Positions 1 through 10,364 are shown, counted from the first letter of the stretch. The stretch is DNA of 64,000 bases from Anthoceros angustus (GCA_010909165.1 MU008162.1:2108001-2172000); one strand, 5' to 3'. The notes: a model not told the origin generated them from the letters alone. Numbers and translations: made by a program.

Positions 1-3000
1 ATGATGGGAAAGTCTACTGCCTTTTGCCCAACAGCTCATTTCAACGGAATCCACCGATATTGCGCAGACATTATTGGTCCACCTCTGGCTCCAAGTCTCC
101 AATCCTGCCCTACAGGAGTCCATTCCTCTCCTCCACCACCAGAAGCCACAATTCTAGGGTCTCCTGCTCTGCTTCCCTTAGCTGCCGAGCCTCCTCCGCC
201 CTTTGGAGCTGCGCCCAGAGTTCCACCAACTCCCCAAGCCACTCCTGATCTCATTTCCATGGGCAGCCCGGGCTTGCTCCCATGATATATGCCTGGTCTC
301 TCCTCAGGTCAGCAACCTCCTGCTCTCGCTTCTTCAGCCCGGTTGTGGTTACTCCGGCCGCCTCCCTCAACCGGTTCCGATCCCGGCGGTAGTGTTCTCG
401 GTTCTTCCTGGCTCTCTCCTCCCTGTCCTTCACTTCCTTAAGTTAGGACTCTAGGGCTTCTCGCTCCTCATGCCGGGCGGACTCCACCGCCTCTTGGGCT
501 TCCTTCACTACTCACTTCGTGACCTCCTCCGTCGCCCGTGCCTTCTCCGTCGCGCGCTGTGCCTTCTCTAGCTCCTCGCTTAAGGCCTCTGCCTGGGCTT
601 GGGCCTCTTGCGCCTGCTTCAGCCGTTCGCATAGCTGCAGAACCCTGGCTCGATCCTGTAGGGCGAACTGAGCCTTCCGTTATGCTGTTCGGCGCTTCTC
701 CTCCTGGATTCTTGCTAGGGTTTTCCGCTCCGGGCTGCCACTGCTTGGCCTTGGAGCTTGACCATGCGCTGCCGAGTGGCCTCAACCTCCTGTGTCTTCT
801 GGGAGGCTCAATAGACCCCCAGCTGCCAGTCGCTCTGGCCACGGCCAAGACCCATCGGGCTCCTTCTTCGGCCGAGGTAGGTGAGCTTCCTTCAAACTCC
901 TCCGAAGGTGCGGGCATCTCTCGGCCCACCAAGGTTTGCCAGACCGCTCGTCGGAGTTGGTCCGGTTTGGGTACTCCGGCCTCGATCAGGAGGCCTAGGT
1001 CCTGTCCATCGGGCACCGGACCCTTCACCTCCTTGGCCCTCTTGGCGGCCAACTCCTTTTCCGCCCTTCTACGCTTAGGGTCCGGTGGTGGCAACAGAGT
1101 CCGGGAGCTGGCCCTTTTTCCTCTCCTGGTGGGAGAAAGCAACCGCTCGGTGCGACTGCTGCTAGTGTCCACCTTCCCCTTGGGCCGCATCTCGTTTCGC
1201 CCGTCGGACAGCGTGTTTCGCCTTAGCCCATTCGTCATTCATCGATAGTGTAGCGATGCCGTAGTTCTGGTGGCTACCTCTAGCGCTCTTCTTTCGGCCC
1301 TCCATCCTGGTCCGGCATGGCTCTGCTTGGCGGCCGGGGTTGGTCTTGCCGCCGCCGGGGCTGCCCCCACTGGCGCGACTCTTGGCTCCACCGGCACAGC
1401 CACTGGGGCCTGCTCCTCGGGTGCCCCGACTAGCAATAGAGAAGCGGGGACTTCTTCCCAAATTCCCTTGGTGGTGAAGGGATCCGTTTCAGTCGAATAT
1501 TAATGGCATCCGAAATGCCCTCCAAATCTTCCTCGGCCTGGTTACGCCGCTCCGTGGCTCAGCAGCCTTTTGTCGTGGCCTGCTCCTCCTCGTCCTTCAC
1601 TTCCTTAAGTTAGGACTCTAGGGCTTCGCTCCTCATGCCGGGCGGACTCCACCGCCTCTTGGGCTTCCTTCACTACTCACTTCGTGACCTCCTCCGCCTG
1701 TGTTTTCTCCGCCTGTGCCTTCTAGCTCCTCGCTTAAGGCCTCTGCACTGGGCTTGGGCCTCTTGCGCCTGCTTCGCCTGCTCAGATAGCCGCAGAACTC
1801 AGCTCGATCCTCAGGGCGAACCGAGCCAGGCCGTCTCCTCCTGGATTCTTGCTAGGGTTTTCCGCTTTCCGCCTGGCAGCCTGGGCCACTTCTGCTTGGC
1901 CTTGGAGCTTGACCATGCGCTGCCGAGTGGCCTCAACCTCCTGTGTCTTCTGGGAGGCTCAATAGACCCCTGTGCCTGCCGTGTCGCCACGGCGGCCAAG
2001 ACCCATCGGGCTCCTTCTTCGGCCGAGGTAGGTGAGCTTCCTTCAAACTCCTCCGGTGCGGGCATCTCGGCCCACTGGTTTGCTGCATCAGCGCCTGAGT
2101 TGGTCCGGTTTGGGTACTCCTACCGATCGAGGCCTAGGTCCCGTCATCGGCACCGGACCCTTCACCTCCTTGGCCCTCTTGGCCAACTCCTTTCCGCCCT
2201 TCTACGCTTAGGGTCCGGTGGTGGCAGTCAGGGCTGGCCCTTTTCCTCTCCGGTGGGAGAAAGCAACCACGGCGATCATTGCTAGTGTCCACCTTCCCTT
2301 GGGCGCATCTCGTTTCGCCCGTCGGACAGCGTGTTTCGCCTTAGCCCATTCGTCATTCATCGATAGTGTAGCGATGCCGTAGTTCTGGTGGCTACCTCTA
2401 GCGCTCTTCTTTCGGCCCTCCATCACAGTCCGGCATGGCTCGCTTGGCGGGGTTGGTCTTGCCGCCGGGCTGCCCCCAGGCGCGACTCTTGGCTCCAGCC
2501 ATCGGGCTGCTCCTGTGCCCCGACTAGCAATAGAGAAGCGGGGACTTCTTCCCAAATTCCCTTGGTGGTGAAGGGATCCGTTTCAGTCGAATATTAATGG
2601 CATCCGAAATGCCCTCCAAATCTTCCTCGGCCTGGTTACGCCTGCTCCGTGGCTCCGCTGCAGGCCTTTTGTCAGGGCCCTGCTCCTCCTCGTCCCTCCC
2701 TGCAATCAGCAAGTGAGTTAACCCCCGGCAAAGCGCGTGTTTCTCCTCACCCTCCTTAAGGAAGTTGTGGTGCCCCCAGACATGCAGGATGAAGGGGGAC
2801 AACACCGACGGAGGAGGCCGTTAATGACGCAACTTCCTCGCCTCTTGCTCTATCCGGGCGAAAATGATCCACCCTCGGTCCGCTCGCTTCTCTCTCATGA
2901 GAGCATGCAGGAACACCAGGAGATTGTCCCCTACGTGATTTACCTTCGTGAGCATGTTCCAGTGGACAATAATTTTGGCCACCGCTCTCACCCATTGGTC

Positions 3001-4151
3001 CTTCAGATCCGACGTCAACCACTCATTAGAGGACCTATGGGCGTCCGTCCTCAAGAGCACCGCCTTGGCAGCCTCCAACTTTCCCTTCCCCTTCAGCGGC
3101 TCCGGCGCCACTCCTCCGGTCTCCTCCACGGGTCGATTGTACACCGCCCGAAGCGCCTCCACTGTCCAGCGCCTGGGGTCCTCCCTCAAACTCTTCGAGC
3201 GGACAAACTTGTTCGCTGCCGTTAGTAGCTTCCGGGCGTATTCGCAAACAAGAGTCACGCTCTCATAGGTCCAAACCGCCTGGAATACGTCTAAGTGCCA
3301 ATTCTGAACAAGCTCGCCTGTCTCCTCCAGCCACGGGCAAAAATCTGGGTAGCACTTGGTGGTGATATTCTTCTCCACCGGCGTCCAAGCCTCTAGAGAC
3401 TCCCTTGCTTTCTTGGGTACCATGCCGTTGCGTTGGTCGCCTCCCTTGCAGAATAGCTCTGGCGTCATTGCAACTCCCGTCGTCCTTAACCCGAAAGGAG
3501 AAAGGTGCACTGAGACCCGAGCCCTTGAAGACGAAGCGTTCGAACGTTGCAAGAGCAACCGCCAGAGGGCCAGGTGACGAAGCGTGAGAGACTAAGAGAA
3601 CCGCCAAGACACCGAGTCTGGGAGTCTCCTTCTCCTCTCAACCGCGGTGCGGCGGGCGTAATTGTCGTGCTGGAAGGTGTCCTTTCGTTGTCAATAACTG
3701 CCACCCTTCTGCATCTTGTATCGCACTTTCACGCTCACCGCCTTCTTGGGCGCATGTCCTCAAATCGTGACTACCTACCTATAACGGCTTCTGGCAAGTT
3801 TGTGGCCCTTGCCTCCTGCATGTCAGACGGGCTCTATGCCACTGTCCACGTGTCAACCTTCCATAATTACAACCCACTCCTTCGGACTTGCCTTTTCCAT
3901 CTACACAGGACCTCCTCCGAACCTTCTCTAGAGCTGCTTCGGACCCTGCCTTCCTTGATACCTGCGGACATCCTCCTGAGCTCCTTCGGACCTTGCTTAC
4001 AGTGGAGTTGCCGCCACATCTACGTAACTGGCCAGATATGCCTTATTATCCACGCGTATCCCTTATTTCTCACACAAATCCTCACAAAAAAAAAAAGAAA
4101 CCCTTACTAATCGACCTGTAGGGGGGTCAAAGCATCCGTCCCTTATCCACA
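1..4151 (-). mobile_element. Unclassified TG..CA-ended transposable element (probably LTR-retrotransposon related) with a long decayed minus-strand ORF; runs off the left edge of the window
   Basis: The minus-strand ORF 2821-3558 continues in frame through one stop into 2524-2805 (…RGWIIFARIEQEARKLRH*RPPPSVLSPFILHVWG…) and then into low-complexity, charged sequence. It resembles accessory 'plant transposon protein' ORFs of retroelements. The element ends at …CCCTTATCCACA (4151), exactly where the CRE RT homology breaks. A homologous end lies at 51107-51964. Confidence 0.55.
425..2690. repeat. Direct tandem duplication (~1.1-1.17 kb x2)
   Basis: GTCCTTCACTTC(C)TTAAGTTAGGACTCTAGGGCTTC occurs at ~425 and ~1592 and the copies are colinear. 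They differ mostly by small deletions. Confidence 0.95.
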
Positions 4152-5110
4152 GCACAGTAATGTCTTCATTAGATGGTCCGTGCTGAAAGTAGAGGGTAGA
4201 CGCGGAACCATAGAAAGAGCAGATGAAAGGAATAAGACTTGCCAGGTGCCCGCCTGCATCCCTGAGCTCTGTAAAAATTGTCTTCCTAGAGACCGTGTTG
4301 AAAGTGTTCTCGACATCTACCTGCAAGGCAACCAATCTTGATGTGACTCTAGAACCACCGTAATACCAAACGCGGCCAACTCACAACCCCAAATTAGTGG
4401 GGGCAAAGATGCGCATGGAACTGCTCCCGAAGTTGGATAGCAATGATGCGACCTATGAGGCGTAAAAATGCCTCCCCAATGGTAATAGGGTGCACCCCAA
4501 GTGTGGGCTTCTCCATAGCCAGTAACCTGCTGGCCCCCAACACCCGAGAGATCCGGCGAGGAGTCCCACCCCTAGCCACTATCGGCACTTAATCCCGGAT
4601 ATCTTGTGGAATGAGGTCATCTGGGGTCGGATGCAGGGCACAGAGCGCAGAGATGGTATCCTCAAAGGCTGGTGCCACCGGCTCTGGGGGGAAGTGCCCG
4701 GGCAGCCCTAGCATATTCCCAAGAACAGCCTAGCACGAGACCTCTTAGGCCACGCCTTGGCGAGGTCCTGACAGACCCAACCCACCTTGGCAGCCTCTAG
4801 CCTGGATCTTGTTGCGCGCCCCCCTCCTCTTGCAGAGGTTCCCAGTACCCGGCCCGGAACCGACGGAGACGAGACGCCACCTCCATATGGCCGGAAGAAC
4901 CAACCCTGAAGCGACGAAGACACCACCGGAGGAGAAAAAGGAACACAGTCCCAGTCGCCTCCTCCCCAGGGTCAAGCGCAAGGTGATCCAAAGGAAGCTC
5001 GTAGGCAAGGCGAACGTCGTCATGCAAGAGCCTCGGGAGACGCCGAAAAAGGCGGGGTCCTGGAATGCGCGCTTCGAACAGGGTGAGTAGATGATCCAAT
5101 TGCATTTGGA

Positions 5111-6372
5111 ACCACTGCCATAACTCTGGGGGCGAGCCGAGGGGAGCATCCAAACTCAGAGCCACATGTATAGCCCCACTAGAAGAAGCAAGCCTCACAT
5201 GCGCGTCGCATGTGGTTCGATCGAAATCCTTGTGTTTGTGCCCAATGACATTTCACTCCTTGACCCCACGACAAAGCGCGCGAGACTTGGGTATCTTTGA
5301 CCGCCACTAAAGAGTGGATCGCACCATAGTGAGGGCGGGAACAAATGAGAACGGCACGATTTAGGAAACAAACTATGGACGACTAGCCAAGGGTGTCAAG
5401 GTCGAGGGGGCACCGAGTGCCAAGGACAAAGCATCTCCGGCATTTCTAGACATACGAGTGTACACTCATATGGCGAGCCCCACCGGCTGGTTGAACTCCC
5501 GCCCAAAGGGCTCGCAAGCCACCCAAACACTTGACAACCCACCGTGCACTCGCCATCGAAATCCTAATCAGAAACCCTAAAAGCCCGCGGCCGACCGGAA
5601 CATGACGGCCCGCCAAAGCCGGCTAGAACCGAAAAGTCGAGCCCCGCCACCGCAAACCTCCATCCTCACTGAAAACCTCAAGCCAGGAGAACCCTAAACC
5701 TGAAACCTTAGCTAAACTCGAAGACCACCGCATAACTCCGGGGCGAGCCGAGGGGAGCATCCAAACTCAGAGCCACATGTATAGCCCCACTAGAAGAAGC
5801 AAGCCTCACATGCGCGTCGCATGTGGTTCGATCGAAATCCTTGTGTTTGTGCCCAATGTGACATTTCACTCCCTTGACCCCACAGCACAGCTAAGCGCAG
5901 ACTTGACGGGGGGTATCTTTGACTGCCACTAAAGAGTGGACTGCACCATAGTGAGGGCGGGAACAAATGAGAACGGCACGATTTAGGAAACAAACTATGG
6001 ACGACTAGCCAAGGGTGTCAAGGTCGAGGGGGCACCGAGTGCCAAGGACAAAGCATCTCCGGCATTTTCTAGACATACGGAGTGTACACTCCGTATGGCG
6101 AGCCCCACCGGGCTGGTTGAACTCCCCCGCCCAAAGGGCTCGCAAGCCACCCAAACACTTGACAACCCACCGTGCAGACCCCCGCTATCGAAATCCTAAT
6201 CAGAAACCCTAAAAGCCCGCGGCCGACCGGAACATGACGGCCCCGCCAAAGCCGGCTAGAACCGAAAAGTCGAGCCCCGCCACTGCAAACCTCCATCCTC
6301 TGCCTGAAAACCCTGAAGCCGGCGCCGGAGAACCCTAAACCTGTGAAACCTTAGCTAAACCTGGAAGACCAG
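5111..6372. repeat. Direct tandem duplication (~615-645 bp x2) inside the CRE-like element
   Basis: GGCGAGCCGAGGGGAGCATCCAAACTCAGAGCC at ~5130 and ~5741. The first copy carries many 1-3 nt deletions. Confidence 0.95.
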
Positions 6373-6635
6373 CTGCTGCAAAACCCTATACTTATGAAAC
6401 CCTAAACTTGGAAGTCGGCTCACCGCTGGGCCCTACCACTGCAAGACTCCACCCCCTGCCTGAAAACCTAAAAGCTTAAACCTTAAACCTATGAAACCCT
6501 AAACCTAGAAGATCAGTTTGCGCAAAACCCTAAACCTATGGAACCCTAAAGTAGTGAAACCCTAAACCTAGAAGGTCAACTACCGTAATACCCTAAACCT
6601 GTGAACCCCTATACTTGTAAAACCCTAAACCTAGA
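6330..6635. repeat. Cluster of interspersed plant telomere motifs (CCCTAAA / telo-box AAACCCTAA)
   Basis: Eight perfect CCCTAAA (~6333, 6400, 6497, 6528, 6544, 6560, 6591, 6623) plus variants, 16-100 bp apart. The motifs are not contiguous. Confidence 0.85.
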
Positions 6636-7212
6636 ACTGCTCGGCTGTTGGGCCGCCATGACCTCCACCGGCCATTTAACAACGCCAGTATGTGACAAAT
6701 CGAAATGTGAGTGTCTCGAGGTTTGTCTCGAAATAGCAATATAATTTAAACCTGCGTTTATCTCGGATATAGCTTTGTCTAAAATAGCAATATAATTCAA
6801 ACATGCGTTCATCTCGTATATAACATCTCCAAATGAGTTGTCTCAAGGTATTTGTCTTTCCAAATGGATGTAATGTCACTCTAAGGTCCAACTCGCGCAT
6901 ATATTACATTTTACAGGGTGGAGGGTCACGATGGTGGAGAAAGGAGAGCTTGGGTTCACGTCATCTATGCATATGTACTAGTTATGGTCATCATAAAGTT
7001 ATAAAAAAGCTATATGGTTACATTGGTAAAATTGACAGGCAGTGCACACTATCTTGGTCACAACAATATACGAGCAGCAATGAGGATTAATTTTTCATAA
7101 TTGAGCTTTTGCTTTTTCAAACACCATCTCGTACACCAAACTGAAAACGTGCAATAAGGAAATTCTAATTTCAAAGAATTTGCACTTATGAACATCCACA
7201 ATGAACACCAAA

Positions 7213-7559
7213 GTTGTTGTAGTATAATAATATAATTACATAAGCTGGATAGTATGGTGGTATGATTACATAGGCTTGATTGTCCACAATCCGCAGACTG
7301 GCCTAGATCCGGGTATTATTACATAGGCTTGATTGTCCACAACCCGGAGACTGGCATAGATCCGGGTATTATTACATAGGCTTGATTGTCCACAACCCGA
7401 GACTGCCCTAGATCCGGGTATGATTACATAGGCTTGATTGTCCACCCGAAGATTGGCCTAGATCCGGGTATGATTACAGAGACTTGATTGTCCACAACCC
7501 GGAGACTGGCCTAGATCCGGGTTCGATTCCGGGCAACAAATTGATTCCCGGCAACGAGA
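7213..7559 (+). pseudogene. tRNA-like copy whose central (anticodon-arm) segment is tandemly amplified ~5x (~54-bp unit)
   Basis: Starts GTTGTTGTAGTATA, then five copies of ATTACATAGGCTTGATTGTCCACAACCCGGAGACTGGCCTAGATCCGGGT, and ends GGTTCGATTCC…CCCGGCAACGAGA. Confidence 0.8.
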
Positions 7560-7685
7560 ATAATTTTAATTTTCATGATTTAGCTTTTGCATTTTCAAAC
7601 ATCATTTCGTACACCAAACTCAAACAATAAAGAAATCCTACCTTCAATGAATTTATACTCATGAACATCCGCAACGAACACTAAA

Positions 7686-7776
7686 CTCGTTGTAGTATAG
7701 TGGTATAAGTACATAGGCCGGATCGTCCACGACCCGGAGACTGACCTAGACCCGGGTTCGATTCCCGGCAACGAGA
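7686..7776 (+). ncRNA. tRNA-like gene (tRNA-Asp-related body, expanded anticodon domain)
   Basis: CTCGTTG/CAACGAG acceptor stem + A73; A-box TAGTATAGTGG; D stem GTAT/GTAC; B-box GGTTCGATTCC within the CCGGG/CCCGG T stem; TTTTT at 7781-7785. The central domain is 35 nt instead of 17. Confidence 0.7.
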
Positions 7777-8040
7777 ATAATTTTTCATGGTTTAGCTTTT
7801 GCTTTTTCAAACATCGCCTCATGGACCACACTCAAACGTATAATAGTCTTCTACAACGAGTTTGGTGTTGGTAATGCATATTGTTGAGTACGATATACTT
7901 CTTCTTCTACAACGAGTTTGCTGTTGGCAATGCATATTGATGAGTACGATTCATTAAAGTAAGGGCTTTCCTATTATACGTTTGGGTTTGGTTTAAGAGG
8001 TGATGTTTGAAAAAGCAAAAGCTAAACCATGAAAAATTAT

Positions 8041-8130
8041 TCTCGTTGCCGGGAATCGAACCCGGTCTAGGCCGGTCTCCGTGTAGTGGACAATCCGGGC
8101 TATGTACTTATACCACTATACTCCAACGAG
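8041..8130 (-). ncRNA. tRNA-like gene, minus-strand copy
   Basis: Reverse complement CTCGTTGGAGTATAGTGGTATAAGTACATAGCCCGGATTGTCCACTACACGGAGACCGGCCTAGACCGGGTTCGATTCCCGGCAACGAGA, followed by ATAATTTTT. Confidence 0.65.
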
Positions 8131-8243
8131 TTTGATATTGGTTGTGGATGTTCATGAGTACAAATTCATTGAAGTTGGGATGTCCTTATTGCACGTTTGA
8201 GTTTGGTGTCTGAGATGATGTTTGAAAAAGCAAAAGCTAAACC

Positions 8244-8314
8244 ACCCGGTCTAGGCCGGTCTCCGTGTAGTGGACAATCTGGGCTATGTACTTATACCAC
8301 TATACTCCAACGAG
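8244..8314 (-). pseudogene. 3'-truncated tRNA-like copy
   Basis: Same 5' and central sequence as 8041-8130; the T loop, 3' acceptor strand and terminator are deleted. Confidence 0.75.
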
Positions 8315-8439
8315 TTTGATATTGGTTGTGGATGTTTATGAGTGCAAATTCATTGAAGTTGGGATGTCCTTATTGCACGTTTGAGTTTGATGTTTGAGAT
8401 GATGTTTGAAAAAGCAAAAGCTAAACCATGAAAAATTAT

Positions 8440-8529
8440 TCTCGTTGCCGGGAATCGAACCCAGGTCTAGGCCTGTCTCCGGGTCGTGGAGGATCGGCCC
8501 ATGTACTTATACCACTATACTACAACGAG
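8440..8529 (-). ncRNA. tRNA-like gene, minus-strand copy
   Basis: Reverse complement CTCGTTGTAGTATAGTGGTATAAGTACATGGGCCGATCCTCCACGACCCGGAGACAGGCCTAGACCTGGGTTCGATTCCCGGCAACGAGA + ATAATTTTT. Confidence 0.7.
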
Positions 8530-8653
8530 TTTGGTGTTCGTTGTGGATGTTCATGAGTACAAATTCATTGAAGGTTGGATTTTCTTATTGCACGTTTCAG
8601 TTTGGTGTATGAGATGATGTTTGTCAAAGCAAAAGCTAAACCATGAAAATTAT

Positions 8654-8740
8654 TCTCATACCCGGGAATGGAGCCCAGGTCTAGGCCGGTCTCCGTGTCG
8701 TGGACGATCGGCGTATGTATTTATACTACTATACTATAAC
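8654..8740 (-). pseudogene. Degenerate tRNA-like copy split by a LINE after its third nucleotide
   Basis: The body 8654-8740 has a mutated B-box (GGCTCCATTCC). The missing first 3 nt (CTC) and the leader resume at 9774. Confidence 0.75.
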
Positions 8741-9773
8741 AACAACAACAACAACAACTTTATTTATGTCCACTAGGGTGGAAAAACCACCATGGGATAT
8801 AACTTGTACAACCATAACTTGGATGAAGGAGGGTGTACACATACGTACATCTGAACTAGAGAAACAAAAACAGGGAAAATAAAAGGCGGAGTATTGACAA
8901 GAAAGTTACAGTGTGCCAAGCAAGGACAGCCTGTGATCAAGCATCTCAGAAAGACATAGAGCAGAGAGCTTGGGAATATGAAAGGAAAAAAATCACCGCA
9001 GGAAAAAACCTTCACACTAAAACAGGAGAGAGTATTTGGCCCGGATGTTGTTAAATGCAGGGCAATAAAAGAGAAAGTGCATTTCGCATTCCGTAGTGGA
9101 AGAACAGAGCCTGCAAATGTGATCTTCGAGAGGAAGGGCTAGCGCTAGCCGGCGGTCAGTCTCAACCCGGAGCTGATGGGTGATACAAAATTGACCAGTT
9201 AAAGAGCGAAGCTTGAAAGACGTGGGGGAACTAAGGTAACGTGGCAGTTTTGGGAAGCTAGAGAGAGAAATCACACGAAAGTGCTCCTTATAGTAAAGAA
9301 GCTTGGTGGAAAGAGGAGCTGCAGAGGGAATAGGGTACCAAGTAAGGCGGAGGTATCGAAATTTGATTGCCTTACGGATAAGGTGGTTAGAGCGAGGGTG
9401 TGGAGGGGGGGATCGGGTAATTGAAGAGTGGCCAAACAGGGAGAGTAGAAGGACTAAAGTGGTATCGCTTCAACCACATGGAGGCTTTGGCATTCCAACA
9501 AGAAATAGAGCCATCAACCCAGAGAAATCTAGACGATCGAAAAGCAAGGAGAAGGTAAGGAGGGAGGTGAGGGTTTTGTTGGTCAAGAAGGTGGAGGCGG
9601 TAAAAGAAAGAGGAGAGACGGAAGAGGCCATCAAGTTCTAAGGGAAAGATGGCAAATTCAGAGAGAAGGGCATGAAGAGGGGTAGAGCGCTTCCAGGCGA
9701 TGTGAGCACGAAGGAAAGAAGCTTGTACTTTGTCCACCTTAGGCCAGGAAGAAGGCAAAAGATCAAGGCCCCA
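8738..9773 (-). mobile_element. 5'-truncated LINE (RTEX/CR1-L2-Daphne-like ORF2 C-terminus) with AATAAA and a (GTT)7 tail
   Basis: Minus-strand WGLDLLPSSWPKVDKVQASFLRAHIAWKRSTPLHALLSEF and HQLRVETDR…ICRLCSSTTECEMHFLFYCP (C-terminal CCHC finger of the H.L.IETGR…C..C…E.HF…C type). Plus strand shows TTTATT at 8759-8764 and (AAC)7 at 8738-8758. Confidence 0.85.
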
Positions 9774-10364
9774 GAGTTTGGTATCTGTTGTGGATGTTCA
9801 TGAGTACAAATTCATTGAAGGTAGGATTTTCTTATTGTAAGTTTGAGTTTGGTGTATAAGGCGATTCCCAACAACGAGAATAATTTTATATGGTTTTAGT
9901 TTTTATTTTTTCAAATATTTTTGCATGGAAAATAATAGTTAGCTTCTGTTTTTTCAAACATCATCTCGTAGATAGTTTAGCTTTTGCTTTTTCAAACATC
10001 ATACACCCCTTAAAGAATAATATCTATGGTTTAGTTTTTGTTTTTTCAAATATAAACCTGGGTTCAATTTTGGGAAGGAAAATAATCTCTAGGTTCGATT
10101 TCGGTAAGGAGAATAATTTCTATGATTTAGTTTTTATATTATTAAGTACGATAAATCAAATCTAGTACATTAAGTTTGACTTATTATGAACAGAACAAAC
10201 GTACATCATACAAATATACATTACTTAGCATCATACTTATATAAATTTTTATATATAATAGTAAATATATAAATATATAAATATAGGTCTACTTTATGGA
10301 AAGCATAGCTCTCCACATCATTTGTATGTTGCCCAGGGTAGAAGAAAAAGAAGAATTTTATTTA

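Larger units (their letters stand above)
4152..6660 (-). mobile_element. Degenerate CRE-clade (RLE-type) non-LTR retrotransposon: 5' region and N-terminal half of the RT
   Basis: Minus-strand fragments in the expected order: FLFLLRWCLRRF…RLRRFRAG.W, VAPAFEDTISALCALHP, SRLLAMEKPTLGVHPITIGEAFLRLIGR…LCPH*FGV and LQVDVENTFNTVSR. These match CRE/Cnl1/MoTeR-type RT motifs (RPIAIGE..RL, QFGV, D..NAFN.VSR). Homology is cut just before the QGDPL motif. Confidence 0.8.
7090..9910. repeat. Tandem array (~215-bp unit) of tRNA-like genes with an internal inversion near 7845
   Basis: Unit = leader (…AAACATCATCTC..ACACCAAACTCAAACGTGCAATAAG…TCATGAACATCCACAACGAACACCAAA) + tRNA-like body + trailer ATAATTTTTCATGGTTTAGCTTTTGCTTTTTC. 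Plus-strand copies at 7.1-7.8 kb; minus-strand copies at 7.85-9.9 kb. Confidence 0.9.

Noticed and set aside
538-2285. Long plus-strand ORFs 538-1248 and 1635-2285
   Set aside because: They are antisense shadows of the GC-rich minus-strand transposon ORF, with no recognisable motifs.
6330-6635. True telomere or interstitial telomeric tract
   Set aside because: The heptamers are isolated and separated by other sequence, not a contiguous (TTTAGGG)n run.
7686-7776. Ordinary tRNA-Asp/Gly gene with a canonical intron, or a SINE
   Set aside because: No U33 or valid 7-nt anticodon loop results from removing an intron at 37/38. There is no SINE body, A-tail or TSD, and the terminator follows immediately.
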